NCBI GenBank assembly: GCA_965202585.1
Contig: OZ241831.1
Coordinates: forward strand, 36,828,001-36,892,000
DNA length: 64,000 bases
Direction of reading: 5' to 3'
From: Thalia democratica
Taxonomy: Eukaryota
Shown here: positions 39,763-51,500 of the stretch, piece after piece
Numbering within the stretch: the stretch's first letter is position 1
Layout of the letters: each line of letters begins with the position of its first letter
Notes under the pieces: generated by a model
What the model saw: the letters and a program-made list of their open reading frames with translations, nothing else
What the model was told of the DNA's origin: nothing
The model's database searches: none
Translations under genes and position numbers: made by a program

Positions 39763-42175
39763 TATTTTGCTATTTTAGCTTTTACTGTAGAGAGTTTATT
39801 AAAATAGACGTTTCTTAAAACCTTTTTTTTTGGAATTTTTGGTATGAAGGCAATTATTTTTCTACCGTTCTATTTTTATAACATTATGGGTTGGTTACAA
39901 AAAATAATTCTTTTCAGTTTTTATATGCTATTTTTTCATATTTTAACAGGATTCAAACAAATAGCTACTTTCATTATTTTTCTTATAAAATATTTAAAAC
40001 TCAAAATTAAACGCCAAAAAACATTTCGTATTTTTTATCGCAAAAAAACTAATTAGTTTAAAACTCAAACTAATTTGATAGTAATTAAAAAAAAAATATG
40101 TTAAGTTCTACTTGCTAACTAATTTGCAGCATGATAATAAAATTAAAGACTTGACTAACTGAACTTAAAACTGAACAATTGCATTCTTAAAAATTATAAA
40201 AGACTGTCTAATAAAACAATAATTAAAAATTCAACAAAGTTTAAAAAGTTTAATCTTAAACACAGTAATGTTTTTCGATGTTGTACTAGTCTTAAACAAC
40301 ACTTTCAACTAAGTTATAAAATATAAAAGCTTGACAGTTTAGTCTTAAAATTTTAACTGTGAATAATTGATATTTTTAAATAAATTTTAAAATATGATTT
40401 ACGAAATACTACCATGTTACAAATTGCAAGTATGAGGCGTAAAAGGTAAGCATGATAAAATTCTAAAACACAAGTACTGTTATGTGACATTTAGAGTACT
40501 AGCTCTAACTAGAGACTTCAGAATTGGAGTTACACCCAAAGTATGTAATAGTACAAAGTGTGTGCTAAACTTAAAGTTTAAAATAATGCTCTGAATAAAA
40601 AATAACAAAAAGCAACCTTATTAGTTTATTACTCGTAACACTTAGTTTAAATTTAAGTTATATAATATAAAAATGAATACTACAATGTTTATACTAGCAG
40701 AATAAAAATTAAAATAGTTTTAATATTATTTTAAATATATTATTTCTAAAAGGTTTTTGAAGAATATACTAGAAAATACATACTGTTATATAGTACAAAG
40801 ATATTATTAACAAACTACAAGTTAACATGCTATTAAAGTTTAATAATAATTCAGTTAGGTTATTGTGAAAAATGGTACTTGTTTTAACAAAACTTATACA
40901 AGTAAAGTTTTTAACTTTTTTATGAGAAAATTTGGTTCATAAAATAACACAAAACTAAAATGATAGATTTCGTTTACGTAACATTTTTTTATCAATTTTA
41001 ATGCTTTAGTACAGGGATTTCCAAATCTAAAACAACAATTGTTATGTTAGACTACCAAAAAACATTTTTTTATAATAATCAAAGTTAGTTTCATTAACAA
41101 ATTTTAAATAAGTTGCTTTAATAATCTTTTCGTATTATACTTAAAAAAGGATAAACAAACAAGTACTTGAAAAGTGTTACGCTCAAAGGGTTCTTCCTAA
41201 AATAAAATTTTTACTTGAAGAAAATTTCATAAAAATTGTCCCAGGCAATCATTTAAATCTCAATAAATTTCGAGAGATTTTTTTTTCATTTTTATGATAC
41301 AAGTATTGTATAGCTGCTGTATATATTCTTTCTATAGAGTCTAAAAATTTTATTGAATCAAACTCGTAAACAAATAGTAAATAATTATCGTTTTTAACAT
41401 TTACGCTCACTTAAGTACTAATAGTAACTTAAAATAAAAAGAAAATACTGGTACTATGCTTAAAAAAAATCTTTCAAATTAAAAAAAATCTTTTTAGGAA
41501 TAAAATATGTTTAAGAAACCAAAATTAGTGACAAATAGTAGCTTAATTTAAACGTTGAAAAAGTTTAAATCTTTGTGTACGTTAAATTTAATAACTGAAA
41601 AAAAAATTTACAAGTAAAAGTACGTACATGTATTAACCAATAAATTGAGAATTTATTTTGACAAAAAATTTTTTTTAAGTTGTTTGTTCAACTGAATTGA
41701 AACTAAACTTAAAGTTATTTTGTTTTTCATTATAACTATGTTTTATGTAAGAAAATTATAGTATTTAACTTCAACTTGTGATTCAAAATATAAACAGTTT
41801 AAAAAGATTTTGGTTTAGGATATAATGAACAACTTGAAGTCTAAAGTAATTTTTTCTTATCTACTTAACTTTAAGATAAAAAAATGAAATTTTTGCAAAC
41901 TTTATGTTTTATTGTAAGCAAAATACTATTTAATTCGTATCAACATAGATATATTTATTTCAGAAATAATTTACTGGTTAACGATACCACGAGTAAGGCA
42001 GCTAATTTAAGCAGTGTACAAAATAATTTCAAAACAAAATACAAGCATTTTTGTAATTATATATTATAATCAGCTGAAAATAATCAACACTGAAAATATC
42101 AAAGCTGAAAGCATGGCAAAACCTTTATAATAAAAAAAAAATTGCAGGATATTTATCAAAGAAATCGAAGTTCAT

Positions 42176-43634
42176 CTAATTTTTTGTTTTGATAATGAGT
42201 TCAGATTCCAACAGTTGAAATATGTTCTCGAGGCCGACTGAAAAATTTATTATTATTCAAACAAAAGGTTTAAAATATTGTCATACGCTTTACTTTTATT
42301 ATTCAAAAAACTAATTAGTTTTTACCACAAAATCAATCATCGGCTTTACTTAATATTTTTAATATTTAAAACAAGTTATAATGATTTTTACCACAAACCT
42401 CCGGTGACTGCCGAAGTTTTTTGAATGAACCATCTTTTACGAAAGACTTTAGAATTAAGATCAAGCATTCGCTTCAGTTTTGTTACGCTCATTGCTTGGG
42501 GTAAATCCTGTTAAAAGATTCACTAATTGAAAAAATAAACTAACTAATAACTACAAGCATAAAATTAAATCTATAAGTATCTAAAATAAATTTTGAAATG
42601 TTAATCAGCTACATATACATATAAATAAGTTTTACCGATTTGTTAGCAAGTATGAGGAAGAAACAGTTCTGCAGATTTTTTTCAGCTGCTAACTTGTGCA
42701 GTTCATCTTTTGCTTTGACCACACACTCCTCATCAGTTGAGTCAAAGACGTACAAAATCACTGTTGTTACAATTATTCTTTTTCAATTTAAAAAAAGAAT
42801 CTTACAATAATAGGTCAATAAAAAAATCATTTTATCAATTTTTTGAAATCTCCTGAAAACTTTATATCCATAAAATACAATTAATATCAAAAGACTTGCT
42901 TAATAAGATATAGTTTTAAGTTATAAATCAATGTTGTGTGTGTGTAAAAACAAACTTTTGTATAAAAAAAACTATTTAGAAGTAAATAAGTTTACTTAAA
43001 TTAAAAGTATTTTTGTAATTTATAAACCAAAAGATAATGTTTAAATAAAACGTAGATAAATATTATAAATAACTTTATTTCTAAATAAATTAAGTATATA
43101 TATATTTGTTTTTACAAGCAACCTGTGTCTAAAATTAATTTGAAAATTGCTTTAAATGATCGTTTTTAAAATAAGATGATTACTACGTTTTAACTAAAAA
43201 CTGAATTAAATTCATTTTTTAAACAGTGCAACAAGTTTTACTTTTTACAAAATAAAACTAACTTGAAGAACTTGAAGACTTTATTAGTTAATAACTAGTA
43301 AAAATTAACTTTTTAGTAAAACTACCTCTAATTTTTTCAAAAAGTTCTTATCTAACTTAATAAACAGCAAAAAATATAAACCTTTGGTCTCTTTGTATTC
43401 ACACGGAATGGTCCAATGAAACGATTGAGTTCCCGAAACATCCCAAATTGTGAAATTATAGTACGTTTTATACGGAATGGTTGCGGTATTAAATCCGATA
43501 GTAGGGCTGGTAACTATAAACTCTTTTAACTTTAAGCGATAAAAAATTGCGGTTTTACCCGAATTTTTTAAGCCAAGTATTAAAAGTTTGTAGTTGCATT
43601 CTTTTTTAAACCGTTTAGATAAGCAGTCGGTCAT
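42176..43634 (-). CDS. Divergent ARF/ARL-family GTPase, 4 exons, 182 aa
   Basis: Exons 43634-43382, 42760-42636, 42507-42399, 42237-42176, with the same intron positions and phases as the neighbouring ARF. Motifs GLKNSGKT, PTIGFN, WDVSGT, NKSD, TSA; no Gly2. Confidence 0.9.
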
Positions 43635-45949
43635 TTTAACTTAAGTAAGCTAGAGTAAGTTTACGATTTACTTTTTAGTTAGTTAAGTTTCAAAAAAAGT
43701 TAAATTATATTCTTAAAGGTCTATCAAAACTTAGGTATAAAAACTGTTAAGGTTAGAAGTAAGTTACAAAAATAAATTGTCTTAAATTTATTTAATTCTA
43801 ATTACTGCTAAAGTCTCTTTATCATTACTAACTCAACTAAACAAAATAGTGATTTTAAAAAACAAGTTTATCTTTATTCATAAGAACTAAAGTTTAACTT
43901 TAAATTGAATATCATAAACTGATAATTTATAAACTAATTGAAAAAAATTAAATAGGAAAATAGTGCTGTAAACTTTTCAACTAAAAACTTTTAAATTACG
44001 TTTTTGGTTACGAAATTTGTTTGACATAGTAGTAACATAATAAACATTTTTACAAACAAAATTTAGTTTTTGTGACGAAAATAACAAATAGCTATATAAT
44101 AAGATTGCTCTCTTTTTTCGTCTACAAACATGTACTACCATAACAATGATATAAATAAAAGTAACTAACCATTTGCATATCCTTATAGACATAAAAATCA
44201 AAAACAAAAACAAAACAATTTTAATCAAAGATTAACTTTTTTGTATTTTTTATACAAGCTAAGAAAAACTAAGGTTTTTATGATTGCAGGGTATTGCACA
44301 ATGAAGCATCAATATTTCACTACTTGTGTTTGTTTCAATAACAAAAGTAAACATAAAAATCTAAAACTTTATAAGAAAAAATACAAAAACTGAACATATC
44401 TTAGAAACTAAATGTATTATTTTTTAAAGAGGTTTTTTCAATCGTACTTTTAAATTTTTTTTTATAACTATTTTTATTAAGTGAATACAAATGTTAATTC
44501 ATTAGAGTTAGCTGTATACAATTATAAAATGGATTACTAAAAGTAATTTGTTAATTAACTTTGAGTATTACAACATCTATAAAGTAGTTATGTTGCTATA
44601 AAAAATATTATAAACTACAATATTAAGATACTTGATGTTTAGTAAAAATTCGTAGTAAAAATTGGTCAATCTAAACATTAAAAAGTAAATTAGTATGCTA
44701 TATAAACAAAAAGTGTATTTAAAAAAAATTAAATAAAAGTTTATTGAAGTACAAATTAATAAAGTCTGATCAAGTCACTGATTTTTTTAGGCGGGCAAAT
44801 CTTGCCCGAAAGTCGTAATTTGTTTTTCCTTAAAGTAAACCTTTAATACTTTTTATATGTAGTATCACCAACATATCAAATTTTGGAATGTATTTACAAA
44901 TACTTATACTGTTGTGTTTAATAAAAACTAATACTTGACCGAGTTAGAAAAATATAAATTTAAACGGTAATCAAAGTGCTAATAAGTTTGTTCATAAGTA
45001 ACAATAGAAGTTTTAGAAGAAGTACGATCGAAATATTTAGAAGAATAACTAAAACTGTTTTTAAAGTTTTTCTTTCTCTTTTATGATTGCTAGAACATAT
45101 TTGCATTTGTTTAGTTTTTTACTAAAATAAACTAACAGTCAGTTTTTTATAATGGTTATAAAACAGAACATTCAATAATTAAAACATTTTCATTTAAATT
45201 TTTTAATATTTAAGCTTTACATGAAAAACACTACTAGTCTTTAGAAATCGTATAGTTCTTATTAAACTGTAAGAGCTCTTAAAAACACCTTAATACGACT
45301 TACTAATTTACGACCTAAATGAGAAACAAGCTAAAAGTTTAAAATATATAATAATATTTACAATTTTATACATTAAATGATTTAATAAAAGTTTAGAGCC
45401 ATGAAATTATTTTATTTTAGTTTTATAGTTTTATGATACTGTAAAAAGTAACAATTTCTCAAGTCTTCTTAATTATATTTTTGTGTAATAAAATTATTCA
45501 ATTAGTTTACTGAAACCTATTTTCATAGTTATACACTTTCAAATAATTGAACACATCAATTGTCATTATAGAACTATAATGAGTAACTTTAACTATAGTT
45601 TTATTAATAATAACATACATAAAACTTAAATACTGCTGTGTATTTATAATTTTGCACATTGGCTAATTTTGATTTATTTTATTTTTGCATTCAACAAACT
45701 TAAATTCTTAACTTTAAATTCATATCACAAAATTTATTTCTCATATAAACGAATGGTTTTCAAAAGAAGACAATATCGCCCTTTTAATCGCGCCCTTACT
45801 TTAAATTGTAAAACTAAAATAAAAATAAAAAAAAATTAATGTGAGTTATGCATTTAAAATTTAGGTAATATTAGTTAAATTCCTTATAAAAAAGTTATTC
45901 GTCTTAAAAAGTAAAATGGAAACTACTCTGTCTGTTTAAAAAAACCTTT

Positions 45950-47000
45950 TTTTAAATTATCAAAATTAAAATCTTTAAAACCTTAACACTAAGCGCTAAA
46001 TAGAAACAAAAAATTTAAAAAAAATTTGTTAGAAGTAAATTAGTACTCGATTAAAAAGTGTCAAGTATTGTAATTTAAGTTATATATAATAACTTTTTAT
46101 TTTAAATTTCTTGCTTATCTGTTGTAAAATTTATTCTCAAACCAACCAGATGTACATTTTACTAACTATTGAAGTTACTAGTGCTTAATGTTTATTTAGA
46201 CTTAAGCAACTGACGTTTTATAACAATTTGTTATACTTCAACATCATACTTTTTTAGTAATAGTTGTACAAACAAAAACTGTTATTAAAAAACTCTTTGT
46301 CGCTTTAAGTTATAAAAAAATAGATACTTTCTGCCAAACCAAGGTAATAAAATTAAAGATTTTAAGAAAACGTTTTGACATACATTTTACTTTTTACCAT
46401 CTATTAGGTCGTTATATGTACGTTTTTAGTTTACATTGAGTTTGGATTTAAAATAAAATAGAAAATAACCGGGAAAACGTACTCAAATCAATAAATACTA
46501 TTTTACTTGTGTTTCAGTTTTTTATTTTCTTTATTTTATAGTTTGAGTACAGCTAGGACTAATTATTTATGTTTTAGTTGGCTACTTTTTATTGCTCAGT
46601 TTAATGAGCTTTTTCAACATAGATAACTTTATTGTTAAAGTTAGTCTTTTAAAAGTTGTTTAACATTGGTTAGACAAGTATTAGTCAAGTGTTTTGATTT
46701 TTTTATTAGTTATAAAATTTAACCTATCCAGTTTTCATTGCTAATACTTACTTTGTTTTAATATCGTTGTATATTTAGTAGTTTTGATATAATGCTTATT
46801 ATTGAGTTAATAGTAGAGTAAATCATTGTCTGATGCAGAGCCTCAGTTATGAGATTGTTGCCCTCAAAAAAGTCTTGATTAAGCATTTTTTACAATAATA
46901 TCAGAGAACCTATCATACCAAACCAGCTCTTCGAAGGTAAGGGCGTACTTGGTATAATCTATTTCGACAAGTTTAGAGGATGTTACCGAAATTTAACTTC
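45950..47000 (-). pseudogene. Highly decayed non-LTR reverse transcriptase remnant
   Basis: Traces in RT order on the minus strand: TFEELVWYDRF, FFEGNNLI...STINSIISIISKL, VFIDLS, WF...KRQRV. Many stops; boundaries approximate. Confidence 0.45.
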
Positions 47001-48530
47001 TGTAAATTTTAAAACCAAGGATTTAAGTTTGATAAGTTAAACTGTTCCAGACATGCTAAAATAGTTTGAAATCAAATAGCTTAACTTTAAACTAAAACTT
47101 TACTGTGACTTGCTAAGCCAAACCTATTTGCACACAAAAAATTTTTGTAAAAATAATAAGAAATAAAGTAAAAGGTTCATAAATCCCTAACAAAAAAAAA
47201 TTATTAACTTATAGAATCTAATTCTTCAAATAAGTGAACTGTCACCATATAAAAAAATAGAAAGTAAGATTGGAAACATTGAAACTAATCTGAGTTGAAG
47301 TTGTTCATACTTGAAAGTGTTTAATGTCATTAAAAAATACGTTGAAGTATAATTTAATTGAAACACATCGATTTTAGTCAATTAAAAGCTAATTTTAAAC
47401 AAAACACTTTTGTATTTTATCGTCAGAGTTGTAAAAAAAATAAAATTGAAATATGCTTTGATTTATCCAATAAATTGAATACAGTTATTATAATCAAATT
47501 TAATTTTTTAACTTTAGAAATTTGTTTTACTTATAACACTTAAGTATTATAACTTAAAATTTACCTTCAAAACTTGATATATATGATAAGAATGTAAAAT
47601 TTCAATTAGTTAGGGTTTCGGATTGTTCAATTGCAACATTCTAAATTTTGTAGTTTGAATTGTCGTACTTTAAATTGTACTAGTATACAAAACCGTATAA
47701 AAAACAAAAGTATATGACACATAGATTTTAGTTAATAATGATTGTGTATTTAAAATAAAACTAATAAAAATCCGAATCTTAAATAAACTTGAACCTATAT
47801 CCGATAGCCCTTTCTTAACTATTTAACTACGTAATACTTGTTACCTTAAAATTGTTATTAGCAAAACAAAAATACTACTCTTTTCATGTTTAAAAGTTCA
47901 AAAACATGCCATAGGTCATAACTTATAAGTATGATTTTTTATTAAATTATATCTGAACTTATCGGATTAGAACTTTTAAAAACTAGTTATTGGTGTTTAT
48001 GTAAAACTTACTCCTTGAATTAAATTTAAAGACATAACAAATATTATAGGTTATGGTTATCTAAAAGCATAAATACAAACTTTCTTAAAACCTATTATGT
48101 TTTTTTTTAAATACGTAAATGATTAAACATATATAGAACTTTAATAAATAATGTTATGTAAGTAAGACAAGTTTCAAATTTAATGGTTTATTGTTTCCAT
48201 TGACAATAATTACGTACTTTTATTATGAATACAACACGAAAGTAAAAAGCACAACCAATGTTAGCCTGCAACATTTTTAAACAATTAATCAAATAAGTTT
48301 TTTTTTTGTTAAGTTTTCTCAAAGTATCTATATTTATATATCAAACAGAAAAATTTAGAAATGCCACTCTGACAAATAACAAATTAGACATAAAGATTTT
48401 TTATTTGAAGTTAGCCAGTAACCTATAAAGAAACAATTGTTAAAATATGTTATGTAAATTTAGTATTTAACCAGATTAATAAAATGCAACATAAGCTATG
48501 AAGTACTTTTTGAATACTAACTGGTAATCA

Positions 48531-51500
48531 TTACCAATATTTCTTTCGTTTGAAAATGTTTTTCATTTGCAACAGACGTTGGATGAAAGATTTCTTGATT
48601 TTCGGTTTTTGATCTGCCAGATTTTCGTAAATGCTGTCAATTGCTTGAGGATTCTGAAACAAAATAAACATTGTAAAATATATTTTACTTAATAAAACAG
48701 TAAGGAACATTATTTTTGATCTTGTAGTTACATTACCTATTTTATAAATTGAAACAAATTAAATAACATTCATATCAAAAGTATTAACCGTATCATTTCC
48801 CTCCAACTCAGCTGCAATTTCTTTGACTTTCTTTTTATCTGTAAATTTTTCGTTATTAGTTGTTGAAAAACTCTTTTTGTCTGAAAGTAAATATAATATA
48901 ATCAAATTATAAGTTAGAACGGTGTTTAATGTTTACTTTTATTTCAATAATTTTAGAATTTTACTAAAAACTTTAGTAAGTAAAACTTATATAGTAGACA
49001 TAAAAAAAATGCTTAAATATTATAAAATTCTTAAAATTCCATTTAAATATGCAACATCGAAATTTCGCAATTTTTTTGTACATATATATTTAGGATTTAG
49101 GACAGAGTTTCCAAATAGTTCTATAATAACTGCCCCTTGGAAGAAATCGTTTTCCAATTGCTTGTTTATAACACACAACCTTTTACTAGTTAATTAACTT
49201 TTTTTGACCGCTTTACTAGTTATTGTCCTGTGGAAGCCAAAATCGCTCGCCCCCCTATTGGGGAAATTTCTGTGAAACCTTGTTTCAAGCGCTAAACTTT
49301 ATTTCTACATTAAGCTTGATCAAAATCAACTTACCTTCGGATCAAATGTTGAATAGCAAGCTGAATTTCAAAAATACTAAGCTAAAAGTGAAAACAACTA
49401 GACTTCCTTTTTTTCGAAACCGCCCTCTTTTTACCTTTACTAGTTGCCCCCGATTTACATTTTTATTTAAAGCGGGCGATATTACCCCTTTTTGAACCCT
49501 TAGAATTAAAAAAAAGACTGTCAGAAACTTATACAATTTCTTTTCATTGGTTTATTTAACGGTGCCATTATTGTTGAAAAAAAAAAACTAGTCTACTTAA
49601 AAAACGAAATAACTCATGTTTACCTCTAAAAATTAACATACCGTATTTTTAGGAGAACTTTGTTAAAGTATTTCTTATGTACATTACACGTCAAAATGAA
49701 CTTTTATCGTAATAATTTACGTATAGAATTCACTATTAAGTTAATTATAAAAAATGAATTCTAAATACTTTCACTTTTTACTCAAAAGTTCAAATGCGTC
49801 TACGTACTGCTTTAAAGTTTGTGCTTTAACTTTTGATTATATTCAACAAACCTTAGTGTGTTGGTTTAATTATTTTATCGTAAAAATATTTTTATTGTTC
49901 AAATATAACTTGTTAAATTTTTTTTCGTAGTTTTCTATTTCAAAAATTATTCAAATACATTAAAGGGTTTTAAAAATTATGTAGAGAAAAAAAAGGTAAG
50001 ATATTTTTGCAAGAAAAAAAAAAATTATCTATCTGTAAAATAAGAGTGCATAGTTCTAAGCGAACAGCTTTTTTAACAAGAAACTTAAACTAATATATTG
50101 ATCTGGCTAACGAATGTTTATGTATATAAGAAAAGACAAAAACATGTCATGAATTTTAAAAAAAAAGTCTACAGCATATTTTATTAATAAAACTAAAAAT
50201 TTTAAACAAATAGTTTATAATTTTTTTAGAGTTATAGTAAACATACAATTGTAGCTTTTGGAGATTAAAAAAATTGTAAATACTCGGTAGAAAATAACTG
50301 ATAAAAATTTATTATTTATTGTACTTTATTTTAAAAAGAAAATAAAAAACTAATAATTATACAAAGTAGATACTTACCGTTGTTTCGTTTAAAACTAAAA
50401 TCTTGTTCACTCTTAAAGGAAACTGATTTCTCTGTTTTAACCACTCCTTTACAGCTTTGGTAGAATATGTTGCTTGTTACTGGTTTTGTTTCATCTTTAA
50501 ACTATATATTATAAGGATTTATGTAATATTAGCTTTTTAAAAAGAATAAAAGTGAAATACGTTGAATTTAATTTTTGGTACCAAACAATGTACATAACAC
50601 ACTTAAATATATATTTGTTTTGTGTAAAGCTTGAAGTAAGTAAAATCATTTGGAAAAACTTACTAACTGTAAGTTTAACAAAAACTAGTAAAGTAATAAA
50701 ATTTTATATAAACTTAAAAGAGTTTTGCAAATTACTTATAGTTTTTTCTCTTTCAGTTTTATTATTAGATTGGTCTTCATGAAGTACCACACTTAGAATA
50801 ATTATACTATAACACCAATATTTAAATTCTATGGACACTGAAACAAGAGTTGAAATCATTCAACAAAAGTACAAATAAGTTTAAAAGGCATAAGTTAATA
50901 AGACATGTTTTAAAGTTTTTACCTTTCTACTAGTAATTCCTGTTTTTGTCGGAAGCCTCCCAATCTGAAGATGATCATACACATTTTCCATTTCATCTAG
51001 ATTTTGCAGTTTGATTGATGTATTATCAAAAAACTTATTTTTTTATTTATTTTCAAAAACAAAAATTAAAAAGAAAAAGGTCAAGTATTAAAGTAATAAA
51101 ACTCAGACTCAAACATTAAAAATACTAATTATTATTAACAAGTTTGCTTGTAAACTATACAAAGGTAATATTTTCAAACTAATTTTAAGATTCTTCATAG
51201 CAAGGCTACTCTTATCTAGTTCTTCTTCAGAAACTATTAGTTTGCGCTTTCCTCCGACCTGGACAATTTTCACATAACTCTTCTCGCTTCTCTTTGACCT
51301 TCTGACGACCATTTCTTTCGGAGACTAATAAAAATAAATAATGATTACCAAGTAAAACACTTTGACTAGATAATGAGCTTTTTGAGATAAAAAGTATAAA
51401 TAAGTGCTTGAAAAGAAAATATGAAAATCAGAATTATGATATATTTTCATAAGATCCTCGTTACTTAAATACACAAGTATATCAAATTTTTGTTTTAAAA

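Noticed and set aside
42725-42745. CTGATGAG on the minus strand
   Set aside because: Lies in ARF coding sequence (STDEE) and has no stem II-GAAA; not a hammerhead.
43977-44228. TM-like segment followed by CRRKKR
   Set aside because: No consistent upstream exons found, and hydrophobic/basic translations are expected from T/A-rich DNA.
46880-47265. RhoGAP-like peptide on the plus strand (IREPIIPNQLFE ... LILQISELSP) with strong GTAAG donors
   Set aside because: Phases do not chain cleanly, and the opposite strand is better explained as a decayed reverse transcriptase.
49223-49536. Overlapping ORFs of 90 and 64 aa in a GC-richer intronic patch
   Set aside because: No splice phase fit to the host gene and no motif; probably a repeat remnant.
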